From assembly GCF_006345805.1 (NCBI RefSeq), contig NC_043024.1, positions 17,546,001 through 17,610,000 on the forward strand: a DNA stretch of 64,000 bases, read 5' to 3'. The translations under genes were made by a program, and so were the position numbers. This document shows positions 11,336 through 25,117 of the stretch, one piece after another. Origin of the DNA: Octopus sinensis. Lineage: Eukaryota. The notes below the pieces were generated by a model, which made no database searches, had not been told where the DNA came from, and saw nothing but the letters and a program-made list of their open reading frames with translations. How positions within the stretch are numbered: position 1 is the stretch's first letter; each line of letters starts with the position of its first letter.

Positions 11336-11860
11336 ACACACACAAACTACATACATATGCACATACACACACACACACACACACATACTCTTTCACACAT
11401 ACACACACACATACACACACACATACACACACACACACACATACACACACACACATACACACACACACACACATACACACACACACACAGCTTGCATGTT
11501 TAAAGCTTTTACACACACACACACACACACACTCTTTCAGACACACACACACACACATACACACACACACACACACACATACTCTTTCAGACACACACAC
11601 AGCTTGCATGTTAAAGCCTTTACACACACATGCACTTTAGTGAAACAACAAAACAACACACACGCAATCATATAAATACATACACACACCTACACACACA
11701 CAAAATCCATGCACACTTTATAAGCCCCTCCCCTCTAAACACAGCACCCCTCTTTCTCCCTCTCTCCCCCCTACTCTTTCTTATTCCACTTCCTTTATCC
11801 CTTATCCTCACACTTCCCCTCCTTTACCTTTCAACTCTCCTCCCACCATTCTCCTCATCT

Positions 11861-11905
<45 letters not shown>

Positions 11906-12445
11906 AGGAGAAATCAGGAAGTAAATGTCATCCAAAGTACAAAAGGCAGTGAATTGACTGGCGTTAGGAAACCTTCACTGTCTGGGATCAAATCCCACTG
12001 ACAGCATCTTTGCTTTTTATTATTCCGGGGACAATAAATAAGCTTGTAGTCAAGTATCAGGGTCAATTCTTTCTTTCTCTCTATCTTTCTCTTCCTCTCT
12101 CTCTCTCTCTCTCTGTCTCCTACTCTCTTTTCTTCTATGTATCTTTCTCTCTCTCTTTATCTCTCTCATCCTCTCTATATCTCTCACTATCTTTCCCTCT
12201 CTGTCTCTCTCTATATCGCCCTCTTCATCTCCTATTCTGTTCCCCCCTCTCTCTCATCTACTTTCTTTCCCTCTTGTATGTGTGTGTGTCTCCCCTCTCT
12301 TTTCTTCTCTCTCTTTCTCTCGCTTCCTTTCTCTCTCTCACTCACTCCTCTTCTTTCTATCTCTCTCTTCATCTCCAACTCTTTTTCCCCTCTCTGTGTC
12401 TCTCTCCCTCCTTTTTGTTACCCTCTCTCTCTCTCACACACATAC
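10940..12445. repeat. (CA)n then (CT)n low-complexity block with internal higher-order duplications
   Basis: Direct inspection. The spacer gcttgcatg.ttaaag.cttt recurs at about 11140, 11490 and 11602. Confidence 0.9.
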
Positions 12446-13399
12446 TCACTTCCATTGAAACACATACGCAACCCTTCCCATGGTGCACCATGGCCGTGTT
12501 GCACCCCAGGAAGTGTCATGAAGCCAGGCCATCTTAACAACATTACAGACCCCAGTGCCAAAGCAATGCACACTGCATACAATGACATACATAGATAACT
12601 ACTGTGTTCCGAAGCCTGGGAAGGTCCCTGGGCCACTGCCCTGTGTGGGTCCATATTTGACAATGGCACTGACAAATATTTGCGAGAGTCCCTTTCTTCA
12701 AAAATACAAAGGGATAGAATAAGGAGTTAACTCCTTCTTATACATAACTTTTATCCTACTGGGACCCTCTGAGGATGGTCCTATGTGCAGTCAAGAATGG
12801 ACTAGAAATAAACAAGTCTACATGTTACAAAATCATGTGATAGAGGCCCCTAATGTGGTGGACTTCCACTTTGGGCTAACTAATAAGCCCCCACAGATCC
12901 AAGATTACCTTGAACGTCAATCACCAGTCTACTGAAGTATACACAACCATTCTGTCTATGCCTACCACTCTCACTCAGCACCCTCCCCACTGTCTTCACT
13001 CTCACTTATTCGCCCAGCAGATCTCAGACTAAACTAGTGAAGGGTGGGCAATTTTTGGATTGGGTCCATATTTAGTTGAATAGGTCAGTTGTTGTTGCTG
13101 TTTTCAGCCCAGGTCAGACATGCTTCACCAAACCATGGATCAAACACCATGAACCTCCAGCCATGATCATCCAATCTTGGCCATTTCATTGTTCCTTCAG
13201 ATTAGTTTAATCCTTGGAAAAGCCTAGTTCCATGCCACTGTCCCTACAATTTGTTATTACTGGACCCTTTCACTTAGCTCTTCCTCAATTTTGAAGTGGG
13301 GGGAGGAGGCTGTTTTTGTTGCCCTTTCTCCCCACTCCCGTCCCCATTTACTGGCAACAAATAACACTTTTAAGAATAGACGGAGTATTGAAGTGTTAA

Positions 13400-13639
13400 C
13401 TATTAGATATGTGTGTATGTGCCTATTTATATATATATGTGTGTGTATATATATATATATATATAGTGTTAATCCAAACAAGAAAACACAAAAAAACAAA
13501 AAACACAACAACGAGAGGATGTGGAACAAATAATATATGTATGTATGTATGTATGTATATATGTATGTTTATATATATTATATATATATATTATATATAT
13601 ATATATATATACACATATATGTGTATGTGTATATATATG

Positions 13640-13670
<31 letters not shown>

Positions 13671-13729
13671 ATGAGTATATGTATTTATGTATATATATAT
13701 ATATATGTATGTATATGAGTATATGTATT

Positions 13730-13774
<45 letters not shown>

Positions 13775-13975
13775 GTATGTATATGAGTATATGTATTTAT
13801 GTATGTATGTATATGAGTATATGTATTTATGTATATATATATATGTATGTATATGAGTATATGTATTTATGTATATATATCTATATATATATATATATCA
13901 CATGTGTGTGTGTATATATATATGTGTGTGTGTGTGTGTATATATGATATATATATATACATGGTGTATGTGTGT
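13400..13975. repeat. (TA/TG)n with five copies of gtatatgagtatatgtatttat
   Basis: Direct inspection, 13666-13870. Confidence 0.85.
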
Positions 13976-14099
13976 GTATTTGTTATGATGAATGTGGAAA
14001 TATTCGCCATAAAATTAAAGTGAGAAGGTAAAAACAAAATAAAAAGGAATTCTGTCAAGAGCAGAATTGACAAGAATATTGGTCTGCAACCACTTGAGT

Positions 14100-14750
14100 T
14101 GACACCAACAAACTCAGCATCAACATCATCATCATCCTCATCATTGTCATCATGATCATCATCATCACTGCCGTCGTCATTCTCTTTATCACTGCCAACA
14201 CCAACCCCGCCAATGCCATCACCACCATCATCATCATAATTATCATGACCATGGGCAACGTTTCCCCCATTCAGCACTTCCTCACCATCAACAGCAACAT
14301 CAGCAGCAGCGTCAACAACAACATCAGCAACATAACAAGTCTGCATGATAAGAGCTGACCTGGGGCTATAGAACAACATCAATAAAACTAATACTACCAC
14401 TTCTGCTATACTAACCATTGTACAACCACCACCACCACCACAACCATTGCCATAACCATCACTATCAACAACATCAACACCCCAACCGCAATAGCAACCA
14501 CTGCCATAACTATCACCTTCAATATCATACACCTCTTCCCATCACCACCAATACTACCACCACCACCACCATCAGTGCCTCTCCAAATCTACCACCACGT
14601 CCATCAACACCACCTCCACTACCACAACCACCACCATCACCACTATCACCCCAACACAACTACCACATCCATCAACATCACCACCACTACCACCACGTCC
14701 CTCACCACCACCACGATATCCATCACTCCACCACCATAATATTTTAACAT
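14100..14750. repeat. (ATC/ACC/AAC)n degenerate trinucleotide tract
   Basis: Direct inspection. Confidence 0.9.
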
Positions 14751-15024
14751 ATTTTCCAAATCCACACAATATTATTGATTTCTGCATCTATATTTAGACA
14801 ATATATTGTATATCTCCATCAGTAAATTCTGTCTCTAACATAGGTCAGTACTCAGAGTAAGCTTACAGGAGTAACATCTACATTACAAGAATGAACTCCT
14901 GTATTGGGACTTGTCAACTCAAACACACACACACACACACACACGTATATACATACATATATAAATATATATATGTATATATCAATTAGAAATCTCTGAA
15001 CGAGGTATATATCTATGTATATAT

Positions 15025-15429
15025 CTCTTACTCTTTTACTTGTTTCAGTAATTTGACTGTGGCCATGCTGGAGCACCGCCTTTATTCAAGTAAATCAACC
15101 CCAAGACTTATCCTTTGTAAGCCTAGTACTTATTCTATCAGTCTCTTTTGCCGAACCGCTAAGTTATGCAGACGTAAACACACCAGCATTGGTTGTCAAG
15201 CGATGTTGGGGGAGACAAACACAGACAGACAAACATATACACACACATACATGCATATATACACATATATATGGGCTTCTTTCAGTTTCCGTCTACTAAA
15301 TCCACTCAGGCTTTGGTCGGCCCGAGGCTATAGTAGAAGACAGTTGCCCAAGGTACCATGCAGTGGGACTAAACCTGGAACCATATGGTTCATAAGCAAG
15401 CTACTTACCACACAGCCACTCCTATGCCT
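15025..15429 (-). mobile_element. SINE family A, full length
   Basis: Complete tail-to-head match. Confidence 0.9.
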
Positions 15430-15444
15430 GTGTATATATAGATG

Positions 15445-15700
15445 CCATCTTTATTTAGCATCCATTTCTCTATACTGGCATGGGTTGGACAGTTTGACCA
15501 GGGCTGGTAAGCCGAGGAGCTGCACCAGACTCCAGTCTGATTTGGCAGGGTTTCTATGGCTGGATGCCCTTCCTAATGCCAACCAATTTACAGAGTGTAA
15601 TGAGGGCTTTTACATGCCAGGTACTAGTTGCATGACACAAATATTTACCATAATTACGATTTCACTGGGCTTGATGGATCTTCCTTCTCAAGCAATACAC
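15445..15700 (-). mobile_element. RTE-type 3' tail fragment
   Basis: tggcatgggttggacagtttgacc..ctggatgcccttcctaatgccaacc. Confidence 0.75.
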
Positions 15701-15894
15701 TCACACACATATATGTATATATATGCATATATATATATATATATGTATGTATTAACCAAAATTGTAATGATAATCTAGTATTTGACTGAGGAAAGAAAAC
15801 TTCGAATGACCCGTCCTTGTTTTCTTTGTATCGTCTATCTGGATGTTTTGCATTCTTGTCCTATTTTGTATTTTCATATATATATATATATATA

Positions 15895-16300
15895 ATATGA
15901 GAGGCATATACCATTTGTTTCATTAAAAAATTTTAAAGCTCTACAGAAACAACTTGTGTTTAGCACACCAATTTGAACAGAATGATCGTTTTTATAAAAA
16001 TGGGATGGATCATATCTGAAAACAGCTTCAGGAGTTGTGAAGAACGAAATTGTATGTAGTTTCCTTCTGAGAGCTTTTCTACTGGACCTCTGTCTAATCA
16101 TTAAAGCTTTGATTTAATGATCCAGCATCAAGTGCTGCAACATGAATTTGCTGATCTTGAGAAAATCTCGTCTCTCTTCAGGCTCTTGCCTTTGGTTTTC
16201 TACAATCCTCCTTGTTTATACTTGTTTCTGGAGATATTACATCTTTTCTGTGTTTCTCCCGCTCATTCCATAAAAATTTATTTGAAGAGAGCAGAAATTG
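15895..16300 (-). mobile_element. Helitron RepHel N-terminal relic
   Basis: EAVFRYDPSHFYKNDHSVQIGVLNTSCFCRALKFFNETNGIC matches the Helitron motif AFxYDPxxDY..V.IG.M...CxxC.A.K...E..G.CC. It is preceded by charged E-R-R-rich repeat-like sequence. Frameshifted. Confidence 0.65.
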
Positions 16301-16366
16301 AAAGAAGAGAAAGCAAAAAGGACAGAGAAAGAAAGTGAAAGATGTCTGTGCATCTATATGAAATGG

Positions 16367-16403
<37 letters not shown>

Positions 16404-17309
16404 CACCTGTGTGTGAGAGAGAGAAAGAGTGAAAAGAGAGATAGAATGAGTGAGTGATGGTGTGAGTCATGATGATTGATATCTTTTAAGGTACACACAC
16501 ACGCAGAAAATGTGACGTCATCGTATAACGTGTTTACAATAGTTTATTTATGGAAAAGATTATAATATTAAATTTTTGAAATGCAAATATGTGAATGTAA
16601 ATAAAGTTTAATTTGTAGCTGAAATAGTACTGAATCTTTTGATACCCCATACATAAAAATCTGTAACTCAGTTTTGCAATGCATAAGGACTTCTTTCAAA
16701 CTAAAAGTATTATCTTACATTACAAATGAGATGTAATACTGAAATAGTGTAAGGGATAAGAGATTGCTCTGGGCTCACATTAGGCAAGAAGGTGGAAATT
16801 TATGTAGCCCATGACACTGCATGGACCTTGACTTTTGTATGTGACGACTGTTGCTTTAAGTATTTTATTTCGATTTTATGTATATATGTATGAGCCAATG
16901 AGGGAAACCTCTACATGGTAGCTATACCTGGTAGAAATAGCAGCCAAATCTCCCTCCAAACACCCTAATGTCTTAATCTGACAATTCTGCCTATTATGTA
17001 GTTTGAATGAGAAACTGTAACTAAAGATTAAGATTATTAACCCCAAACTTGGATGGTATTAAGTAGTGGAGATGTTTGATGACTGTATGTGGTGGTTACT
17101 TTTGACTGTTTCTTCTCAATAAAGATAATTGATTGTTAACGAATCTTAATGCAATATTTATACAACTTCAAGTGGAATCAGACATCATAAGAGAGACAGA
17201 GAGAGGAAAGAAGAGAAACAGCATAGCAGTGGTTTTGGCTGACTGTCATCCTGTACTTCCCTTGTTGCTAGCGAAATGGTATGTGCCAGCTGTCTGAGCA
17301 AACACGTTG

Positions 17310-17513
17310 CTTTTAATGGAGGAACAAACAGGACAAAAAGATTACAACAATAGCGATTCTCACTTTGAAACTAACAATTTTGAAAATCTTTTTAGATTAC
17401 TGAATGCCCCACTCTCCCATATATTCATGTTTAAAATTTCAGTGCGATCGGATGAACAGCACTTGAGTTATAACCACACAGACAGACAGGCAGAACGGAT
17501 TTTATATATTAGA
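17310..17513 (-). mobile_element. Helitron 5' terminus
   Basis: Minus strand A|TCTAATATATAAAATCCGTTCTGCCTGTCTGTCTGTG..ataactcaag..ccgatcgcactgaaatttt. 5'-TC preceded by A. Confidence 0.6.
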
Positions 17514-17594
17514 TTTATATACATTAATGTGATGAGCTGAGAGAAATGCTTATGAAATCATAATCAAAACAGAAAAAAAAAACAAAGTCATTAA

Positions 17595-18245
17595 TGGTGA
17601 GGAGCTTGCTTCCCAAGCACATGGTTCCGGGTTCAGTCCCACTCTGTGGTACCTGGGCAACTGTCTTCAACTATAGCCTCAGTTCTTGTGAGTGGATTTG
17701 GTAGATGGAAGCTGACAGAAGCCTATTGTGTATATATATCATCATCATCATTGTTTAATGTCCATTTTCCATGCTGGCATGGGTTGGATGGTGTGACTAA
17801 GGTCGGAAGAGCCAGTGGCTGCACCAGGCTCCAATCTGATGTGGCAATGTCTCTACGGCTGGATGCCCTTCCTAACACCAACCACTCCATGAGTGCAGTG
17901 GGTGCTTTTTACGTGCCACTGGCACAAGAGCCAGTCAGGCAGGCCTGACATCGATTGCGTTCCGATAGTGCTTTTTGCGTGCCACCGTCAAGGGAGACAG
18001 TAACACATATATATGTATGTATTTGTGTGTGTGTGTCTGTGTTTACCCCTTACCATCACTTGGCAAGTGATGTTGGTGTGGTTATGTCCCTGTAACTGAG
18101 CAGTTCAGCAAAAGATCCCAATAGAATAAGAACTATACTTGCAAAGATGAAGTCCTGGGCTAGATTTCTTTGACTAAAATCCTTTTAAGGTGGTGCTCCA
18201 GCATAGCCGCAATCAAATGACTGAAACAAGTAAAAGAATAAAAAA
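17595..18245 (+). mobile_element. SINE family A interrupted by an antisense RTE 3' fragment (about 17735-17990)
   Basis: Head 17595-17725, (atc)n tail plus RTE 3' end in reverse, then SINE 3' half 18020-18245. Confidence 0.75.
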
Positions 18246-18304
18246 TAAAAGAATTAATGACAATTACTTTCAAAGGTGACAAAGGAGATAACTTCTAATA
18301 TTTC

Positions 18305-18700
18305 AGGTGTAGGAGTGGCTGTGTGGTAAGTAGCTTGCTTACCAACCACATGGTTCCTGGGTTCAGTCTCACTGCGTGGCATCTTGGGCAAGTGTCCTCT
18401 ACTATAGCCTTGGGCCGACCAAAGCCTTGTGAGTGGATTTGGTATACGGAAACTGAAAGAATCCCGTCGTATATATGTATATGTATATATATGTGTGTCC
18501 GTGTTTGTACCCCCAACATCGCTTCACAACCGATGCTGGTGTGTTTACGTCCCCATAACTTAGCAGTTCGGGAAAAGAGACCGATAAAATAAGTACTAGG
18601 CTTACAAAGAATAAGTCCTAGGGTCGATTTGCTCGACTACAGGTGGTGCTCCAGCATGGCCACAGTCAAATGACTGAAGCAAGTAAAAGAGAAAGAGAGT
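18305..18700 (+). mobile_element. SINE family A, full length
   Basis: aggagtggctgtgtggtaagtagcttgcttaccaaccacatggttcc..cagtcaaatgactgaagcaagtaaaagag. Confidence 0.9.
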
Positions 18701-18970
18701 TGATCAAAGATTATATGGAGATATGTATTGATGACATGGGGTAAAAATTTGATTTGGGTCATTGAGAATAAATGAGATCATGTTTTAGCCTTATTACACC
18801 TCCACAGTGAAGCATAGCCAACACACAACTACTAAAGGATCATAAGATATAGCATGCTTAGTTTTTTTATGTTGGGAAGAAAGTTCAGTTATAGTATTTG
18901 AAATAAAGACATTGTTTTATAAGGGCACCCCTTTTGTAAAGAATTCATAGTTTGGCTGAAGCTGCCATAT

Positions 18971-19507
18971 TTAACCCTCTACCATTCAGCTTACTCTGTC
19001 AAATGTTGTTGTTGTTTGTTCCTTCTTGAGCCATGCCTGGCTCATAGGGGTGGTTTCCTGGTTTCCTTGGTGTATAGGTTTCCCACCTGGACAGAACGCT
19101 GGTCCGTCACGGGTCAGCTGCAAGATGCAGGAGGACAGAGTGAGAGAAAGTTGTGGCAGGAGAGTCACCATTACCTTCTGCCAGAGCTGCGTAGATCTTA
19201 GGTGTTTCGCTCATAAATACACACATCGCCCGGTCTGAGATTTGAACGCGCGATCCCTCGACCGCAAGTCCGCTGCTCTAACCACTTGGCCATGTGCCTC
19301 CACTCGGTCAAATGTAATCCTTATTTATTCACATTGTTTTGAATTATTTATGCATTATCTTTTAACTTTGAGTTTTTTACAATATGAGCGTTTATTTTTA
19401 AAATGACATTGTAGGGTAGGTGTGAAAGGCTGGATCTGGTCAGATTGAACAGTAAACAAGTAGAATATTTGGACCAAATATGGTTGATCTAAATGCCTTT
19501 AGGGTAA
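18971..19507. mobile_element. piggyBac-like MITE interrupted by SINE D
   Basis: Left end TTAA-CCCT, right end degenerate (aaatgcctttagggtaa). The host sequence resumes at the target-site duplication after the SINE. Confidence 0.45.
19006..19303 (-). mobile_element. SINE family D (tRNA-derived head) with target-site duplication
   Basis: Head gtggaggcacatggccaagtggttagagcagcggacttgcggtcgagg..gttcaaatc. Flanks tctgtcaaatg (18995-19005) and tcggtcaaatg (19304-19314). Second copy at 62843-63140. Confidence 0.85.
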
Positions 19508-20017
19508 TGTGCTAAATTGAAAATATGTTTTAATGGTTTTAATTATAAATTTAATGAGGAGAATATTCATTAGCATGAAGGAAAATTCATTTCACAAATG
19601 AGGCAGGAGTTATGGATATTCATTAGGATAAAACAAAAGAAGGGGGAAAATGAAAGAGCAATGAAACTAGATCAGGAAAACTAGAGAAGGTGATAGACAT
19701 GGAGATGGAAGCTGGATCAGATTGACCTTTCATCGTTTCAGGATCAACAAAAACAAAAGCAGTTCAGGAAGGGGAATGGGCAGAGATGTTAGGGTTTCAG
19801 TTGTTTTGTGTGGTGATGGTCATTCTGGATCGGGGCTCCATAACCGTTTTTTTCACTTGCAGTACACTTGTGTTCTTTTCAAAATTCAGTGGCACACTTG
19901 GATTAAAAATATAACAGGGAAGAACATTGTATTCAGGTTACACTGCGGCACACCTAGCATCCTCTTGTGACACATTAGTGTGCCGTGGAATACTGATTGC
20001 AGAGCAATGTTCTTGAT

Positions 20018-20725
20018 CAGTGCTACTCAAAGTGGTGGTCTGTGGACTGGTGCCGGGCCACAAGCCATCAGCTGCCAGTATGTGACGAGTTTCCAGAAAA
20101 GAAAGAAACATTATAAAATGCTTATAAAATATTGTATTATTTATTTACAAAATAAATATTAGATAAAAAAAATTGTCAACTTTTATTATATTCATTATGT
20201 ATATTGTTTCTGGTATAAATTAATGTTACTAAGAAACATTACTGGTCCGTGGCACATTACTCTTTTACTCTTTTACTTGTTTCTGTCATTTGACTGTGGC
20301 CATGCTGGATCACCACCTTTAGTCAAGCAAATCGACCCCAGGACTTATTCTTTGTAAGCCTAGTACTTATTCTATTGGTCTCTTTGCCAAACCACTAAGT
20401 TATGGGGACGTAAACATAGCAGCATCGGTTGTCAAGCGATGTTGGTGGGACACAGGCACACAAACATATACACACACACACATATATGTATATATATACA
20501 TATATACGACGGGCTTCTTTCAGTTTCCGTCTACCAAATCCACTCACAAGGCTTTGGTCGACCCGAGGCTACAGTAGAAGACACTTGCCCAAAGTGCCAC
20601 ACAGTGGGACTGAACCTGGAACCATGTCATTGGTAAGCAAGCTACTTACCACACAGCCACTCCTGCACCTACATTGGAAAGAAAAAACTGCTGGTACACC
20701 ACATTAGATAGTTTGAGAAGCACTG
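20018..20725. mobile_element. hAT (Buster/Charlie-type) MITE with nested SINE A (20259-20671, minus)
   Basis: Terminal inverted repeats cagtgctactcaaa / tttgagaagcactg (13/14). 8-bp target-site duplication ttcttgat / ttctagat (7/8, central TA). Confidence 0.85.
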
Positions 20726-21439
20726 TTCTAGATCTTTCCATTGTGGCAATAATGCCTGCGACAAGACTGACATCAAACTGTGTCAGACTTGTTTCTCTCA
20801 GACAACATTGGTAACATAAAAAGAGAGATTGGACAATTGCTGACTTTGCCTAAGTCCATCTTGGACATCCAGAAGCAACACAAGATCAATCCTGACTGAA
20901 GGCAGACCTAGATTTCACTCATTCCCTGAGTAACAGTGGAATTGAATCTTGACAGCAAAGCCATGTGACTGAGACACAAACACCTGCAATGGAAGGAAGG
21001 GGGGGTAGAGAATGCTTTTGGCCTGAACATACTTAAAAGCATCACAAACTAACGAGCTACTTATTACAAGTTTCATCAGGTTGTCTCTAATTTGAAGCAG
21101 AAAAAAACACTTTCATTTTTTTTGTTTTGTTTTTTTAATCTTGTATTTTTCTTTATTCCTTTCAAATTTATGGAGTCAAAAGTTGGATAGAAGAGTTAGC
21201 TGGTGAGTGGCGAGGACAGAAGGGCAGGTATCACAAAATGTCTCAATATGTTGACGTGTTCTATTATATCTTATGGCAACGTTTCACATAGAACTTTGGT
21301 TGGGTTTCATTAAAATGGAAGACACAGATCCTTCAGAACACTTCTTTCTCTTCCATGTGGACACTTGAAGTGGTTGCTGAGCTATTATTGGTGGCAGAGC
21401 GAATTATCTTTGCTTCATGTCTTTTACTCCCTATACGCA

Positions 21440-21659
21440 TATATGCACACACACACACACACACGTGCGCATGCACATGTATGCATGCATACACACACAT
21501 GCATACGCATTCACACATATACATTTGGAGATGTATGTATAGATACATTATAAAAGTAAATGCAAGAAGTGTGTGTGTATGTATATAGATATATCTGTGT
21601 TTATGTGTGTGTATACATATATGCATATATCTATCTATATATATATATATGCATATATA

Positions 21660-21723
<64 letters not shown>

Positions 21724-21848
21724 TATATACACATACATATATGTATATTTTATATATTATATATATATATATACACACACACATATATATGTGTATATTA
21801 TATATATATATATATGCATATATATACTCATATATATATGTATATATA

Positions 21849-21939
<91 letters not shown>

Positions 21940-21946
21940 GCATATA

Positions 21947-21989
<43 letters not shown>

Positions 21990-22130
21990 TACATATATAT
22001 ATATATAAACATGCTTACATATATGTGTGTGTTGATTGATAGGTTTGTACATAAACAAAACATTATATATATATACCTACATATATACATACATACATAC
22101 ATGCATATATACATGCATACACACACTACA
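21440..22130. repeat. long (TA)n/(CA)n microsatellite
   Basis: Direct inspection. Confidence 0.95.
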
Positions 22131-22899
22131 ATGTTATATAAGTACGCATGCATACAAAAGCTCTCAGAGATGGGAATGTGTAAATAAGGTTGAGGCGTAG
22201 AAAATGTAGGTGTGAAATGAAGGGTTTTAGGGTGGAGGGTGGGGTGCGGCTTTAAGAAAGAGTGGCCAGGGAAAGGTCAAGCCCGTAACCTTTTGATATT
22301 AGGGGTCCAGTAGAGCATTTAGAAAGTTGCATACTTTAACTGGAACTCAATCTTCACTTTAACCATTGTATGAATGGACATGAATGTGTGTGTGTGTGTG
22401 TGTGTGTATGTGTCTGTGTATGTGTGTGTGTGTGTTTGTATGTATATGCATATGCATTCAATATATATGCATATTTATATGCGTATACATCTGTATGCAT
22501 GTTTATATATACATGTATCTTTGTACATGTATATTTAATGTGTGCTTCCTGTGTATGTGAATATGTGTGTGTGTGGTTATATGTGTGTGTGTGTATTATA
22601 CATTGCATTTACATACGTAAACACAAACATAGATACACATTTACACATTCATAAATATACATTTACACATAATTATGTGCTATAATTTACAACTAACAAA
22701 CATTTCTGTCTCGTTATTGTCTCTCTTCTTCTTAATTAACCCTCTTCTATTCTTGTGTAATAATCACCCGCCCCCCCTCATCTCCTTCTTCTCTCAAGAC
22801 TTCTAAGAGGGAAGGGGTGGGGTGGTGCATTGCATAAGAGTTAGCTGTTTGCTCAACCATGAAAATATCAAAGTTCTTTTGATCAACAATTCAATACCG

Positions 22900-23640
22900 A
22901 CACCACCATCACCACAACCACCAAAACAACAACCACAGCCTTCACCACAACCACCACTGCAACCACCACCACCACAACAACCACCACCACAACAAACCAC
23001 CACCACAACAAACCACCACCACAACAAACCACCACCACAACAACAACAACCACAGTAAACAGCCTCCACCACCATCATCACAACTACAACTCCCACCACA
23101 ATAACAACTACCACCACCACAACCACCACCACCAACAACAACAACTTCCATCACTACCACAACTACCGTCCCCACCAACAACCACTGTCACCACCACAAC
23201 CAACACTACAACCACAACCATTTCTATTGCTACTGTTATCATCACTGCCCCCACTCCAACACTACCATGACCTCCACCACTTATGTTGTCTTCATCAATA
23301 TCACTACATCCTGCACAGCCATTACCAGTTTTGCAGCACAAAGCACATCACCATCACCACCACTAACACTACTGCTGCTGTTGCTGCTGCTGCTACCAGC
23401 AACTTGACCACCATCTGCACTAACACCATCCGATACCAATCACATCAATATCCCCATCTCCACCACCATCACCATCATCAGGTTACTGCCTTCATCACCA
23501 TCATCATCACCATCATCATCATCAGTGTTAATACCAACAACATTACAACTTCCTTCTTATCATCATCATCAATACTAGTACCCTCACTAGCAACAGCATC
23601 ATTAATATGCCCACCATCACCACTACCAATGCCATCTTCA
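22900..23640. repeat. (ACC/AAC/ATC)n tract
   Basis: Direct inspection. Confidence 0.9.
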
Positions 23641-24339
23641 AAAGACAGACTTTAACCATGCTGTTGGTCGTTGGTCTGCTGGATCGAGTTTGGCCTAGGG
23701 TTAAATATCATGAGTATCACAACCAGGAAAAACAACAGCAACACCATTTTCATATACCAATCACTTTGACATCTCTCTCTCTCTTTCTTACTCTTTTTCT
23801 CTCTCTCACTCTGTCACTCACTCAATGTCTTCCACTATCTCTATCTCTCTTTCTCTTACTCTCTTTCTCTCTGTCACTCATTCAGTGTCTTCCTCTCTCT
23901 CTCTCTCCTTTCACTCTCTCTCTCCTTCCCACACACATGTGTGTACATGTGTGTGTAATTTTATTCAAAGACTGGATTAACTGCTGATCACACTACAACA
24001 GTTAGTTTCACCACCTATTGGTTTATTAGGCAATAATTTTAATTCACCTCCATTGCTGATGTCAAACAATAAATAACCAGTTTCAAATCACAACACTTAC
24101 TTTATTCATGAAAATGAACCATAATGTCTAATTCCTTGTTTTTTTTTTCCCCTCTCACCCAAGGAAATTAATTGAACATTAATTTCCTTCCTTGAACTGT
24201 TAAAGTTTTCTGTCTCTTTTTTTCGTTCTTTATTTCTTTCCTTTCTTTTCTTTTTCATACTTTTATTGGTGCCTTCTAGCTATGGTTTCATGTTAATGCC
24301 ATACTTTCAACTGCGAAAGAAAAATCACAGAAAAATGCT

Positions 24340-24900
24340 TCATCAAGCACATTGAGGTTTCCTGAGGCTCTGATATAAAACCAAGGATCTTAAAGGAGAG
24401 CAGGCCTTCTTTGTTAAGGCGTTTATAACTTGTGATTTTGTAGGAACCTTGAAATTCTTGTGATTTCCTTTCTGTCTGTCTTTTCTCTCAGGGTAGCCAT
24501 CTCAATGTAAAGTCTTTTGTCCACATTTGGTGCCATTAAATGTTCTGTATTATAGATGCAGGAATTGTCTGTTTTGCAAGTTATTTTTATACTTGCAATA
24601 ATATCACCAAACACTAACGGTTCCAATAATAGTTCTCAGCTTTCTGCCATATTGACCGTAACAAAAGTTTCTTCAGGCAGAAAACATTTTTAGAATTCTT
24701 CAAATGCAATTTTCATTACCAAACCCTGGGCTTCTATTCTTTGTTGCTGACAACCAAAAAATAAAATTATATTACATGTGTTCCCTGATCTTTTAAAGAA
24801 GTGACATAACTATTTGCAACAGTTTATAAAACGATCAAAGTTTTCTAATTCTATGGTTTGCTTTTGTTACAGTTTTGTTAACTTGTTTAGCAAAATACTC
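24340..24900 (-). mobile_element. Ty1/copia LTR retrotransposon RNase H relic
   Basis: ..EETFVTVNMAES*ELLLEP..IKITCKTDNSCIY..DKRLYIEMATLREKTDRKEITRIS, frameshift, VPTKSQVINALTKK..FKILGFISEP. Matches the copia RNase H motifs TDN..L, KRL.I..A.LRE and Q.AD.LTK. Confidence 0.75.
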
Positions 24901-25117
24901 TTCAAATTCTTGTTTTATAATGGAATTTAATGGACAAATATCTTAACACAAATCTGATTTAATTTTCATGACCTACCAAATTTGTTGACTGCTTAAACTC
25001 ATTGAAATAACAAGAAAGAAGAAATGTGATCAACCATTAATACAGATTTTGAGTAAAAATATTTTAGGTTTTACAACCTCTCTGCTGATATTTTACACAT
25101 CCATTCTATATGTGTAT

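Noticed and set aside
12520-12670. GC-rich hAT-like MITE remnant
   Set aside because: Matching terminal repeats and a target-site duplication could not be established.
13867-14787. Asp/Gly-, His- and Thr-rich ORFs (also 22800-23655, 29969-30455, 36025-37015, 53006-53974, 57267-57846)
   Set aside because: Products of degenerate trinucleotide microsatellites, open in several frames on both strands, with no splice or domain support for mucin-like exons.
15783-15815. Possible HHR (ctgagga-aag aaaa ctt-cgaatg)
   Set aside because: GAAA and stem I/III are not recoverable. At most a decayed PLE terminus.
19741-19786. 46-nt AG/GT-bounded segment
   Set aside because: All frames are open, the donor is mediocre and it does not fit the other candidates, so it is uninformative.
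21255-21315. Possible minus-strand HHR (gaaacgtt palindrome)
   Set aside because: The 5' core reads ttaatga and stem II does not pair.
21333-22187. YI/CV/HT-repeat ORFs (also 7182-7823, 11158-11675, 59848-61119)
   Set aside because: Dinucleotide microsatellite translations.
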